Shown: one piece after another, positions 33,826-47,600 of the stretch
Numbering within the stretch: the stretch's first letter is position 1
Layout of the letters: each line of letters begins with the position of its first letter
Source: Macrostomum hystrix
Lineage: Eukaryota; Animalia; Platyhelminthes
Direction of reading: 5' to 3'
Length of the DNA: 64,000 nt
NCBI GenBank assembly: GCA_950097015.1
Contig: CATNEN010000025.1
Location: 7,688,001-7,752,000 of the forward strand
Program-made: the position numbers and the translations under genes
Notes under the pieces: generated by a model
The model's input: the letters and a program-made list of their open reading frames with translations, nothing else
The model's database searches: none
What the model was told of the DNA's origin: nothing

Positions 33826-36086
33826 CCTGAAGCACCTATGGGATTTGGACAATACCCTGAAGCACCCATGTGATTTGGACAATGCCGTGAAGCACCCATG
33901 GGATTTGGACAATGCCCTGAAGCACCTATGGGATTTGGACAATGCCCTGAAGCACCTATGGGATTTGGACAATGCCCTGAAGCACCTATGGGATTTGGAC
34001 AATGCCTTGGAGCACCAATGGGATTTGGACAATGCCCTGAAGCACCTATGGGATTTGGACAATGCCCTGAAGCACCTATGGGATTTGGACAATGCCCTGA
34101 AGCACCTATGGGATTTGGACAATGCCCTGAAGCACCTATGGGATTTGGACAATGCCCTGAAGCACCCATGGGATTTGGACAATGCCTTGGAGCACCTATG
34201 GGATTTGGACAATGCCTTGGAGCACCTATGGGATTTGGACAATGCCTTGGAGCACCTATGGGATTTGGACAATGCCTTGGAGCACCTATGGGATTTGGAC
34301 AATGCCATGAAGCACCTATGGGATTTGGACAATGCCCTGAAGCACCCATGGGATTTGGACAATGCCCTGAAGCACCTATGGGATTTGGACAATGCCCTGA
34401 AGCACCTATGGGATTTGGACAATGCCTTGGAGCACCTATGGGATTTGGACAATGCCCTGAAGCACCTATGGGATTTGGACAATGCCCTGAAGCACCTATG
34501 GGATTTGGACAATGCCCTGAAGCACCTATGGGATTTGGACAATGCCTTGGAGCACCTATGGGATTTGGACAATGCCCTGAAGCACCTATGGGATTTGGAC
34601 AATGCCCTGAAGCACCCATGGGATTTGGACAACGCCCTGAAGCACCTATGGGATTTGGACAATGCCCTGAAGCACCTATGGGATTTTGACAATGCCCTGA
34701 AGCACCCATGGGATTTGGACAATGCCTTGGAGCACCAATGGGATTTGGACAATGCCTTGGAGCACCTATGGGATTTGGACAATGCCTTGGAGCACCTATG
34801 GGATTTGGACAATGCCTTGGAGCACCTATGGGATTTGGACAATGCCATGAAGCACCTATGGGATTTGGACAATGCCCTGAAGCACCTATGGGATTTGGAC
34901 AATGCCTTGGAGCACCTATGGGATTTGGACAATGCCTTGGAGCACCTATGGGATTTGGACAATGCCTTGGAGCACCAATGGGATTTGGACAATGCCTTGG
35001 AGCACCTATGGGATTTGGACAATGCCTTGGAGCACCTATGGGATTTGGACAATGCCTTGGAGCACCTATGGGATTTGGACAATGCCATGAAGCACCTATG
35101 GGATTTGGACAATGCCCTGAAGCACCTATGGGATTTGGACAATGCCTTGGAGCACCTATGGGATTTGGACAATGCCTTGGAGCACCTATGGGATTTGGAC
35201 AATGCCTTGGAGCACCTATGGGATTTGGACAATGCCTTGGAGCACCTATGGGATTTGGACAATGCCATGAAGCACCTATGGGATTTGGACAATGCCCTGA
35301 AGCACCCATGGGATTTGGACAATGCCTTGGAGCACCAATGGGATTTGGACAATGCCTTGGAGCACCTATGGGATTTGGACAATGCCTTGGAGCACCTATG
35401 GGATTTGGACAATGCCTTGGAGCACCTATGGGATTTGGACAATGCCATGAAGCACCTATGGGATTTGGACAATGCCCTGAAGCACCCATGGGATTTGGAC
35501 AATGCCCTGAAGCACCTATGGGATTTGGACAATGCCCTGAAGCACCTATGGGATTTGGACAATGCCCTGAAGCACCTATGGGATTTGGACAATGCCCTGA
35601 AGCACCCATGGGATTTGGACAATGCCTTGGAGCACCTATGGGATTTGGACAATGCCTTGGAGCACCTATGGGATTTGGACAATGCCTTGGAGCACCTATG
35701 GGATTTGGACAATGCCTTGGAGCACCTATGGGATTTGGACAATGCCCTGAAGCACCTATGGGATTTGGACAATGCCCTGAAGCACCTATGGGATTTGGAC
35801 AATGCCCTGAAGCACCTATGGGATTTGGACAATGCCCTGAAGCACCTATGGGATTTGGACAATGCCTTGGAGCACCAATGGGATTTGGACAACGCCCTGA
35901 AGCACCTATGGGATTTGGACAATGCCTTGGAGCACCTATGGGATTTGGAAAACGCCCTGAAGCACCTATGGGATTTGGACAATGCCCTGAAGCACCTATG
36001 GGATTTGGACAACGCTTTGAAGCACCTATGGGATTTGGATAACGCCCTTAAGCACCTATGGGATTTGGACAACGCCCTGAAGCACT
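33826..36086. repeat. 30-bp tandem array GGATTTGGACAATGCC(CTGA/TTGG)AGCACC(T/C)ATG
   Basis: About 75 copies with an exact 30-bp period, lying between the convergent ANO and NKAPD1-like 3' ends. Confidence 0.98.
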
Positions 36087-36350
36087 AGAGGACACTTCTT
36101 TAAAAAGTTACGCTGAAAAGCATAAGCTTTGGTTTTGGCTTTACACTGATATTGTCTTTAAGGGATAGACAATGTACTAATAAAGAGAGACACGATTTCG
36201 ATCCGGTGAATCCATAATTAGAAGCAATATAATAAAGTAAGCACTTCTGTTATCATTTAATAAAAAAGAAACAGCTTAAAATTTCAACACACTCAAATGC
36301 ATTAAGGACGTAAAGTGCCTCGATCACTAAATAATATCTGAAAACAAATA

Positions 36351-37054
36351 TTAACTGCTATGAGAAGATTCGCTGTTACTTTTAACAGATCTCTTCTTCT
36401 TACTTTTCTTCTTCTTCATTTTCGATTTCTTTCGCTGTTTAGCTTTCATTTTTTTGTGCTTATCTGCGCTTAAATTGCTTTTCGATTGCTGCAACGCCGC
36501 CGCAGCAGCTGCAGCTTTTACATCGGTGTCTCCGTACATGAGCTCATAGAAAACATGGTCCCGTCCACTTGCTGCCGCTGTGGCCGCTTTGGCCAGCCTA
36601 CAAGCTTCGCGACTAGCAGTTTGGGTGGCCAACTGCTTCGAAATTGTACTCTTAGCTAACCGGGAGTCATCTCTGCTCCGGCTCCGGCTTGGACATCGGT
36701 CCGAGCTCCTGCTGCTGCCCTGGCGTCGGTCTAAACTCCGGCTCCGGCTCCATTCCCTGAGCCTGCCACTGCATTCGCGTCGGTCTAAGCTCCTGCTCTG
36801 GCTGTTACCACCAGTCCGACTTTCAAATCTGTCTTCGCTTACATTTCTGCCTTGACTAGCTTTCTGCCTGGCGTACTCGCGCCAGCAATATTCTTCTTCT
36901 AATTTCTAAAATGATATAATTAATGGATGGATTGTTCTAGAAGGCAACAAACATGCAGGAAAAATAATTGCAACAATTTAAGCAAAAAATGACTTACTCG
37001 ATTGTGAATTTCGGCATGTCGAATAAATCTGCCAACAGGTTGCAAGTGTGACAT
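36351..37054 (-). CDS. NKAPD1-like: NKAPD1 (C11orf57)-like RS/Lys-rich protein, 203 aa
   Basis: Exons 37054-36998 and 36905-36351, phase 0. MSHLQPVGRFIRHAEIHNR/KLEEEYCW resembles the recalled NKAPD1 N-terminus (IRH..HNK..EE..W). RDHVFYELMYG resembles the recalled GHSGYKELYP motif. Lys-rich C-terminus. Confidence 0.7.
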
Positions 37055-39149
37055 GAAATTTGCTGAAATGAAGATTAATTGACATAATCTTTTATTTCGA
37101 TTTTATTGCCATACACAAATGTTACATATACACAAATTCTTAAATAGCTATGCACCACAAAAAAATTAATATTTAAAACATGAATCGTCCTGTTCATTGC
37201 TGTGATTATTGACATTGACTTACTTTCAAACAAATTCTCTCAATGTCCAATGTGATTAACAAGGCACTGCTGATATATATAAATTATTAGTCAAACAAAG
37301 CTGGTTAAAAGTTAAAACAAAAGAGTAAATTTGCTTCATACAAAAAATGAATGAAGACTAGATTAGCTACATAAATTAAAACAAACTGTAAAAATTGAAA
37401 GGATATTTGATCATACCATGTTTTACACAGTCACAAATACACAATTCACTAATTGGTTGAATTTTTGCAACATTATAAAATAATATATTGATTAGCTATT
37501 TCCATCAGATTTTAGATCATAAAAAATATAAATGCTAAATCTTTTCAGTTATTTCTCCCTAATTAAGTTTTAAAAAGTTAAGAACCAACCAGGCTGGCTT
37601 AAACAACATTTCTCAATGATAATCCTAATACTTGTCTGGCCCAAGTAACAATAATGTATTGTTGCAAGAATAAATTATATGTACCAAACTTAAGCGGCTG
37701 ATTTAGGTTTAATTAGGCATGATGTTTTGCCCTTCTGAATTACACCGTGGTGGTACTAACACATAGTTGTTCTTTATCATATTGTAAAAATCTTCGTTGT
37801 TCTAGGAAAGCTTAAAGTTAAATTAATTTCCTTGATGTCAAATAAACAACAAAAGTTTCATTTCGCAGACCTGAACCGATTAAACATTAGAAGTTAAAGG
37901 TAAACCATTAATCTATTTAGTAAAATATAATAATATGAACGTTTTAAATATCAGTAACTCTTTGCATGCGTACTACAGTGCGAGTGAATCCGGGAAACAT
38001 TTCACACCCTCGGACTGCTCACTGCAGTCTGCAGTGATATATTAGGTATGGTATTATAGTTAATGTATTTTGTGTTTCATATATCCTGTACGCTTTTTGG
38101 CTTTGCTTCGTTGCTTCGTTTGTAGATTTTTTCAGCAGGCTATAATAAGCTTTAAAAGTCTTTTTATTAACTGATTATGGCAACATCCATTGGAAGTTGG
38201 AACATCTGCAAACTGGAATAAAAATCTTCCTGAATTGAGTCTAGAAAAAAAATTAACAATAGTGAGTTGTAATTTTTTTGCTTTTTTAGGCCTGATAGCT
38301 ACCTATGGCTGGCTACTTCAAATGGTCTCAGGTCGCACTTAGAGTAGGCCTAGGCCTATGGTTTATTTTTTTGAAATTTAGTGGCTAGAAAATGTCATGA
38401 CCTATGCGGTATGCCTATGGCTATATTGCTATATGTAGCTACTAGGCCTATGTACTAATAGCCTTCTGTTGTCTACAATCAGTATTTTTAGCAATGTTTT
38501 TGGTTTTTGTGCATTAAATTAGGGCCTGCTTTAACCCTTTTTGAAAACTGCTATTGCCACTGCCAGGCATAATCTTAGTTTCCAGAGTTACTTGCTCAGG
38601 TACAAATCAAATAGGCTGTCGCTGGTGCCATACATGTTCCAGAACTTGGCTGTCACATGTACTCAGGTTCCCTCAATTGTGTTTTTGTATAGGGTTTTGT
38701 CTTTCAGGTTGACAAAGTATAGGAGGTATTTGACAGATAAGTGGTTTGGAAGAATTCCAGTCATTTTGGCCATATGCAATTTTGGCCATAGCTGTTTTGG
38801 CCAAAAGCCGTTTGGGCCAAAAGCCAAATGAGCATAATACTGCTACATTATGCATAATGTTTTGATGAATATTGCTATATTAAAAAGGTCCATAGATTTA
38901 TTTCAACTTTAACTTTTTTCATTCACAAATTATTGAACTCATTAAAGCACTATATTTTATAAGTATATTGATAATTCCTTTATTGTCTGACTGTGGCTGG
39001 AAGTAGCTTTCAGCAAAGTACTAAACTGTGCAACACATTTTAAAATCATTTTCAGTCATTCCCAAAAGCAAACTGGTTCAGCAAACAATCAACATATTTA
39101 GTATTTAGCCATTTTGTTTGTCTATCACATCTGCTAAGTGCAGTCAGAA

Positions 39150-42100
39150 ATGGGCAGGCGAGCCGTTGGCACCACTAAACATGGCCGGTTCATGAACCCA
39201 ACTGACCAAGCAAGGAAGGAGGCTAGAAAGCGGGAGCTTAAGAAGAACAAAAAGCAGCGAATGCAGGCAAGTACCTATATGCCTTCCATTAACATATCTT
39301 CAGTTCGGGTATTTCATTCCCAGATCCCCAGTTTGGAGATTCCATTCCCAAATCCTCAGCTTTTGGAGTCCATTCCCAGATCCTCAGTTTGTGAAGTCCA
39401 TTCCCAGGTCATCAGTTTGAGTCCATTCACCGATCCTCAGTTTGGGGATTCCACTACCAGATCCTCAGTTTGGGGACTTTATTCCCAGATCCTCAGTTTG
39501 AGGATTTCATTCCCAGATCCTCAGTTTGTGGAATCCTTTCCCAGATCCTCAGTTTGAGTTCATTCCCAGATCCTCAGTTTGGGGATTCCACTACCAGATC
39601 CTCAGTTTGGGGACTTTATTCCCAGATCCTCAGTTTGAGTTCATTCCCAGATCCTCAGTTTGGGGATTCCACTACCAGATCCTCAGTTTGGGGATTCCAC
39701 TACCAGATCCCCAGTTTGTGGAATCCTTTCCCAGATCCTCAGTTTGAGTTCATTCCCAGATCCTCAGTTTGGGGATTCCACTACCAGATCCTCAGTTTGG
39801 GGATTCCACTACCAGATCCTCAGTTTGGGGATTCCACTACCAGATCCTCAGTTTGGGGATTCCACTACCAGATCCCCAGTTTGTGGAATCCTTTCCCAGA
39901 TCCTCAGTTTGAGTTCATTCCCAGATCCTCAGTTTGAGTTCATTCCCAGATCCTCAGTTTGAGTTCATTCCCAGATCCTCAGTTTGAGTTCATTCCCAGA
40001 TCCTCAGTTTGGGGATTCCACTACCAGATCCTCAGTTTGGGGATTCCACTACCAGATCCTCAGTTTGGGGATTCCACTACCAGATCCTCAGTTTGGGGAT
40101 TCCACTACCAGATCCCCAGTTTGTGGAGTCCATTCCCAGATCCCCAGTGTGGGGATTCCATTCCCAGATCCTCATTTTGTGGAGTCCATTCCCAGATCCT
40201 CAGTTTGGGGATTCCACTACCAGATCCTCAGTTTGGGGACTTTATTCCTAGATCCTCAGTTTGAGAATTTCATTCCCAGATCCTCAGTTTGTGGAATCCT
40301 TTCCCAGATCCTCAGTTTGAGTTCATTCCCAGATCCTCAGTTTGTGGAGGCCATTCCCAGATCCTCATTTTGTGGAGGCCATTCCCAGATCCTTAGTTTG
40401 GGGATTCCACTACCAGATCCTCAGTTTGGGGATTCCACTACCAGATCCCCAGTTTGTGGAATCCTTTCCCAGATCCTCAGTTTGAGTTCATTCCCAGATC
40501 CTCAGTTTGAGTTCATTCCCAGATCCTCAGTTTGAGTTCATTCCCAGATCCTCAGTTTGAGTTCATTCCCAGATCCTCAGTTTGAGTTCATTCCCAGATC
40601 CTCAGTTTGGGGATTCCACTACCAGATCCTCAGTTTGGGGATTCCACTACCAGATCCTCAGTTTGGGGATTCCACTACCAGATCCTCAGTTTGGGGATTC
40701 CACTACCAGATCCCCAGTTTGTGGAGTCCATTCCCAGATCCCCAGTGTGGGGATTCCATTCCCAGATCCTCATTTTGTGGAGTCCATTCCCAGATCCTCA
40801 GTTTGGGGATTCCACTACCAGATCCTCAGTTTGGGGACTTTATTCCTAGATCCTCAGTTTGAGAATTTCATTCCCAGATCCTCAGTTTGTGGAATCCTTT
40901 CCCAGATCCTCAGTTTGAGTTCATTCCCAGATCCTCAGTTTGTGGAGGCCATTCCCAGATCCTCATTTTGTGGAGGCCATTCCCAGATCCTTAGTTTGGG
41001 GATTCCACTACCAGATCCCCAGTTTGTGGATCCTTAGTTTTGCTAAATCGTTTCACATATTATCGAATGCTATATCAACACTTATCCTTGGCACAACATT
41101 CAATGTTTACCAGGTTCGCACCAGCGTATTGAAAGCTCGCCAACCAGATCAGATTCTCATTGAACTAGAAGAATACGACAAAATGGAATTGGACCCGTCC
41201 GCTGAAGGCGGCCTTGGCGGCGGCGGCGCCGTGGGTTTCAGCGATGGAGACCGGCTAGCGTTGCGAGTTATTCAAGAGAAGCGAAGAAAGTTATTAGAGA
41301 CTTATGATCGGATTCTGTCCATGGTGGTAAGTATGTTAGCCGAGTTACTCAGTCCTTCGAAAACTCACTGGCGGCGTGGCTTGGCTATTGTTTGAGGGCG
41401 GTCAATCCTCATCATTAGTAATCCTTAAGTAAGACCAGTAGACCACACTACTTGTCCCCCTGGGGAAAGACCGCGTGGGTCATAGGGATCTTTGTTCTAA
41501 GCATCCCAGTCACCAGGATGACCTTCATCGCCCGTCTGGAGCATCGGCGGCGAACATCGTGACCTTCAACAAAAGTAGCCGTCTCTGAGATGCCGATCGG
41601 GTGCTTTTGTTGATGATCTCGACGGTAAAACAAAATTGTTTTAGCCACTTGACACCCGATGAGAATCGTTGAATATCTCGACTGTATCTGTGAATTGTAG
41701 ATGCAAAAAAAAATCAAATGTGGGTATTAAAAGTACGCCCCTGGTCATTCTACTGATAATGCACTTAAAAAAACTGGGTAAATCCGGATCCTTCTCACGC
41801 AGCAACGCGAAAATGCGGATGACGCCGCCAAATTGTTAACCGCCCGACAAGAATACGAACAGCGGCGTCAGCAGCGGGAGCTATTCTACGAGGAGGTTCG
41901 CGCAGCCGAGAATGTTGATACGAGCAGCATTCCTCTGCCCGCATTACCGCCCGGCGCTATTCAGGCGCCCGGATTTCCGCCAGTGTTCCCCGGCGGCGCT
42001 ATTCCACCGCCATCCAGCGTGTTCGCAGCTGACGGCGGCCTACTGCCCGGCATACTAAAGCCTTCAACAGCTGCCGCAGCTCCGGTGCCAAGGAAGAAGC

Positions 42101-42849
42101 CCGATAGAAAGCCGGCCGGACCGCCGCCCGGACCTCCACCTGATTTGTCCGACTGCGAGGAGGAGGCGCCGCAGCCGCCGCCGGCAGCTCATCTGCAGCC
42201 GCAGAAGACTCTGAGATTTAGCGACGAGCCCGGACCTCCAGGCGAACGGCCAACGGCGGCGCCGATTGCTGTCGCTCCGCCTCAGCCTCCTTCGATTCAT
42301 CCACTTGCACCTGCTGCGGCGGCGGCTGCTGCTGCTGCTGCAGCCGCGGCTGCGGCCGCGGCTTCAATCAGCCATCGGCCACATCCCCAGATGCCGCCGC
42401 CGGCGCCGCTGCCTCTGCCGCCGCAGCCGGCCATAGCCCCGCATCCACCGTCTAGAGCCGCCTCAGCCGCCGACGGCGGTCACCAGCGACGCGGTCAGAC
42501 TAGCATCTCAGCCGCGCCTCAATTGAAGAATCTGATCGGCGATGCCACTAAATTAGTGCCGACCGCGCTCAGAATAAAACGAAACGCCCAACAGCAGCAA
42601 CAGCAGCAGCAACAGTTGCAAAAGCAGCAGCAGCCACAAGCTGTCGGCAATCAGCAGCGACTAATTGGCGTCGGTTCGTCCGCCGGCGTTGTCGGCGCAT
42701 CGTCAGCTGCCCTGACCAGCTCCGGCCTGTTGCCGGACCGCGGCGCCGACGCCTCCTCCGCCAGCCATCACCGGCTGCAGCAGATGAGCAGCAGCGCCAA
42801 GGATGACGCCTACGAGAAGTTCATGCAGGAGTTGCAGGGCCTGCTCTGA
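39150..42849 (+). CDS. WBP11: WW domain-binding protein 11 (spliceosome-associated), 458 aa
   Basis: Exons 39150-39266, 41114-41326 and 41803-42849. N-terminus MGRR..GRFMNPTDQARKEARKRELKKNKKQRM, Pro-rich middle, ISAAPQL..T.LVPTALRIKR and C-terminal KDDAYEKFMQELQGLL. AATAAA at 42982. Confidence 0.95.
39305..41030. repeat. Composite 25-29 bp array (CCCAGATCCTCAGTTT core) in WBP11 intron 1
   Basis: Several unit variants; ORFs recur identically at a 598-bp offset (39959/40557, 39984/40582, 40009/40607). Confidence 0.95.
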
Positions 42850-43139
42850 ATTTTTATTTTACTTTTTTAAAACCGGCTGATATGCAACAGCAGCAGCTTC
42901 TTGTCTGCTTGTCCATCACTATTTGCTAAATTATGTTCAATTCTTGTCTGTCCTGTTTCAATTTGTGTAAATATTGTTATTAATAAAAAATTAATGTTAG
43001 CTAAGCTTTTCCAACACTTTCAGTGTCCGCTCGGGTTTTGCAATTTAAGAAAGAAAAAACGAATTCTGCTCTTTTTTTTCATTTCATTCGAACTTTTAAC
43101 ATCTAAACATCTAATCCCAGATTCTCATGTTTTTGTTCC

Positions 43140-45189
43140 TAAGAGATCTAACCCCAGATCCCCATGCAGAGATTACTAATTCCAGATCCCCATGCAGAGA
43201 TGACTTATTCTAGATCCTCATGCAGAGATGACTAACTCTAGATCTCCATGCAGAGATTACCAACTCTAGATCCCCATGCAGAGATTACTAATTCCAGATC
43301 CCCATGCAGAGATGACTAATTCTAGATCCCCATGCAGAGATTACTAATTCCAGATCCCCATGCAGAGATGACTAATTCCAGATCCCCATGCAGAGATTAC
43401 TAATTCTAGATCCTTATGCAGAGATTACTAATTCCAGATCCTCATGCAGAGATGACTAATTCCAGATCCCCATGCAGAGATTACTAATTCCAGATCCCCA
43501 TGCAGAGATGACTAATTCCAGATCCCCATGCAGAGATGACTAATTCTAGATCCCCATGTAGAGATTACTAATTCCAGATCCCCATTCAGAGATTACTAAT
43601 TCCAGATCCCCATGCAGATATGACTAATTCTAGATCCCCATGTAGAGATTACTAATTCCAGATCCCCATTCAGAGATTACTAATTCCAGATCCCCATGCA
43701 GAGATTACTAATTCTAGATCCTCATGCAGAGATTACTAATTCTAGATCCTCATGCAGAGATGACTAATTCCAGATCCCCATGCAGAGATGACTAATTCTA
43801 GATCCTCATGCAGAGATGACTAATTCCAGATCCCCATGCAGAGATGACTAATTCTAGATCCCCATGCAGAGATGACTAATTCTAGATCCTCATGCAGAGA
43901 TGACTTATTCTAGATCCTCATGCAGAGATGACTAACTCTAGATCTCCATGCAGAGATTACCAACTCTAGATCCCCATGCAGAGATTACTAATTCCAGATC
44001 CCCATGCAGAGATGACTAATTCTAGATCCCCATGCAGAGATGACTAATTCTAGATCCCCATGCAGAGATGACTAATTCTAGATCCCCGTGTAGAGATTAC
44101 TAATTCCAGATCCCTATGCAGAGATGACTAATTCTAGATCCTCATGCAGAGATGACTAATTCCAGATCCCCATGCAGAGATGACTAATTCTAGATCCCCA
44201 TGCAGAGATGACTAATTCTAGATCCTCATGCAGAGATGACTTATTCTAGATCCTCATGCAGAGATGACTAACTCTAGATCTCCATGCAGAGATTACCAAC
44301 TCTAGATCCCCATGCAGAGATTACTAATTCCAGATCCCCATGCAGAGATGACTAATTCTAGATCCCCATGCAGAGATGACTAATTCTAGATCCCCATGCA
44401 GAGATGACTAATTCTAGATCCTCATGCAGAGATTACTAATTCCAGATCCCCATGCAGAGATTACTAATTCTAGATCTCCATGCAGAGATTACCAACTCTA
44501 GATCCCCATGCAGAGATTACTAATTCCAGATCCCCATGCAGAGATTACTAATTCCAGATCCCCATGCAGAGATTACTAATTCTAGATCCCCATGCAGAGA
44601 TGACTAATTCTAGATCCCCGTGTAGAGATTACTAATTCCAGATCCCTATGCAGAGATTACTAATTCCAGATCCCCATGCAGAGATGACTAATTCTAGATC
44701 CCCATGCAGAGATTACTAATTCCAGATCCCCATGCAGAGATGACTAATTCCAGATCCCCATGCAGAGATTACTAATTCTAGATCCTTATGCAGAGATTAC
44801 TAATTCCAGATCCTCATGCAGAGATGACTAATTCCAGATCCCCATGCAGAGATTACTAATTCCAGATCCCCATGCAGATATGACTAATTCTAGATCCCCA
44901 TGTAGAGATTACTAATTCCAGATCCCCATTCAGAGATTACTAATTCCAGATCCCCATGCAGAGATTACTAATTCTAGATCCTCATGCAGAGATGACTAAT
45001 TCTAGATCCTCATGCAGAGATGACTAATTCCAGATCCCCATGCAGAGATTACTAATTCCAGATCCCCATGCAGAGATGACTAATTCTAGATCCCCATGCA
45101 GAGATTACTAATTCCAGATCCCCATGCAGAGATTACTAATTCCAGATCCCCATGCAGAGATTACTAATTCTAGATCCTTATGCAGAGAT
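43140..45189. repeat. 28-bp satellite GAT(T/G)ACTAATTC(C/T)AGATCCCCATGCAGA, left part
   Basis: 28-bp period; interrupted at 45190 by the LTR element. Confidence 0.97.
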
Positions 45190-47579
45190 TGAAATAATGC
45201 GGGTCTTTTGCTAGCCGATGACCGCCCTCATGAAAGATAGGAGTGTGGAAAACGACGATAGAGTCGGAGGTCGATCGCTGCTGCCGCGAGTTGTCGCAGA
45301 GAGGGATGACGAAGGGAGGGATGAAGGGAGAGATGAAGGGAGAGATGAGGCGGTACAAAGGATGCAAGTGAGTGGTCCTATTGGCCTCAGGCTGGCCAGT
45401 CCCACCCAACCCATAGGCCACAGGCATGACTGCCGTGCCCACCCCAAGCAGTGCTCGAAACCGGCTAAAAGTCTAAATAGATGTCGGACTACCCGCAAGC
45501 GAATAGGACAGGGCTAGATAGCCTACTGTCATCAGTAGCATGTTCGTAACTGACTCCTAACTTTGGTAGCAGTGGTCGACTCGGCCTAGGCTCTTGTCTT
45601 AGAAATGCGGAAAGGCTATCGGCAAAGCGGATAATGATCGAAGGTAGCGCCACCACCCAATGCGCCTACGTTGCCACCGCAGACATTGGGAACTTGGGTC
45701 CCCGGAGCTCGCGGCTCCCAGTTTGTCACACAGATCTTAGACAAGCCGAAAAATAGAGCATTCTGTAACTTCCGTTTTAGACTAGGGTGAGAACCCCAGA
45801 ATGGATCGAGTCACGCCTCACAAGGGGATTCCTGAAACTGCGCTACAGTGGTCTAGAAAGGTGGTACTCCGAACCCGAATGAGAAATCCATAGCCAGAAT
45901 CCTACTCATGAGACATTAGACACATTCCTTACATTAGATTGCAGCCTACACATTAAATAACTAGCAAATCGATTCTGTGTGAGTTGAGGAGAACAGAGGC
46001 AGGAGAGATTAAGCTGAACACTGGCTGAGTGATTATGCAAGCAGGAAATTATTAGATCACACCCCTCGCTCCCATGGCGGCGGCAGCGAGAGGCGGGGAA
46101 CAGAAGGGAAACATTAATTGACAAGGGAGGTTGACACGCACTCCTTGATCTGCCAGAAAGAGAGGAAAAACCCGCCAAGGAATTCCCCCACCCCTAGCAG
46201 AGAAACACATGCTACGCTCCGCATATTACTCGCAAATCCCTAGCTCCTTATTACTCTCATGCGCGCTCACAGTTATCCTCCTGCCGCAGCTTTCAGCTAG
46301 GCATCACCAGAGCCCATCCCCCTAATAAGTTAGCCACTCATGATCGAGGGCTGTCTAACGATAAAATAAGAGAAAGTGAAATGCATAGTAAAAAGGATTT
46401 AAGTTGTTATTAAAATGCCCAATAAATTAGATAAGTTGTGAATTAATAGTTTTATTAGGCTAAATCAAATCCCTGCCCTTGCCCTTTTACCCACTAGCTA
46501 AATAGTGAATCCCTTAGGGATAGCAATAACAGTCCGCTGCGCGGGTTACTTATCTGAACACGCTGGTTGACAGGCTGCAGGCCGTCGATCTCGCGGGGGA
46601 GTACAAATGAACAGGAGAAAAGGTGAGGAATTGCTAAGTACAGTTGGCAAGGGGCCAGACTGCAGGGAGCTCAAGGCTCAATTTGGAGCGCACCTAAGGA
46701 GGTGGCTTGCGCTTAAGGGCACTAGCAGGTAGTTGCCTGCTGCTATGATCTGGAGCCTTAGGCTCAGGGACTAGGTGCTAGCCTAGAAGGGGGAGAGTCC
46801 ACGGACCGAGTTCCGGGACCGGACAAGGGAAAAAGGTTGTAAGGGCGGACGGTCCAAAGGGAGGTCCGGGGGAAGGTTAAAGGTGTCCTGGGAAGGTAGG
46901 TAGGTCGCCGGGAAAGGCTCCCGGAAAACAGGAAAAAGGTTGTCCTAGGGACAGCGCAGCGCGCTTTCTTAAATAGTCCTGCAGCTCCGCCAACCTCGCA
47001 TTCATCAAAATAACCCACATGCTCGCCGGCCTGTCAGCGAGGAATCGGGTCGGCATTATGCCACCCCAATTGCCCACTGAAGCGGCGGCGAGAATCGCCA
47101 GATGCCCCACTAGGAGCGTCTGCCGGCAGTCGGCCAATGATTGTGATCCCGCCGGGATATGGGAAGCGCAGGCGCCGACCTGCCTATAGTGTCGTTACAT
47201 GTATCTAAAGGGGGAAAGGTCATAATCGAGCCCCGGCTCGGGTTACAGTAAAGAAGAGGGACATGAAGAATTAAAGCTCACTCTAAACGCATGAGTGATC
47301 CCGACAATCTGATCGCGGCTTGGAGGGGAATTATGACCTAAACTAGTCCATACAGTATTGCTATTTCCGCGATCAGTCACTCCTACAGGGGACTAGACAG
47401 ATCCGAGACAAAGGGAATCGGCGGCTACTTAATTCACCTCCGCCCAATGTCTGGCCCTAAGATTAATGATGGTGTTCTGCGGCCAGCTGCTATGTGGGTC
47501 GCGATTATTGACTTGCTAAAAATTGGAAAAATTAGGCTGGCTCACAACCCCACTCGATTCCGAAGTACACTCCACATCA
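45190..47579 (-). repeat. 3' LTR (2390 bp)
   Basis: Matches 54060-56453; the only differences I found are four 1-bp homopolymer indels. Confidence 0.96.
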
Positions 47580-47600
47580 CACCGCCTTCGCTCACTTTCA
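47580..47600 (-). other. Polypurine tract
   Basis: The minus strand reads GAAAGTGAGCGAAGGCGGTG immediately before the TG of the 3' LTR. Confidence 0.7.

Noticed and set aside
33826-36086. CRISPR-like array or repeat-protein gene
   Set aside because: Head-to-tail repeats with no unique spacers, eukaryotic context and no cas genes. The same applies to the other 28-46 bp arrays.
45170-46178. Short ORFs in the probable R/U5 part of the LTRs (77-118 aa, both strands, duplicated at 54013-55050)
   Set aside because: No motifs, non-ATG starts and overlap on both strands. They recur only because the LTR is duplicated.
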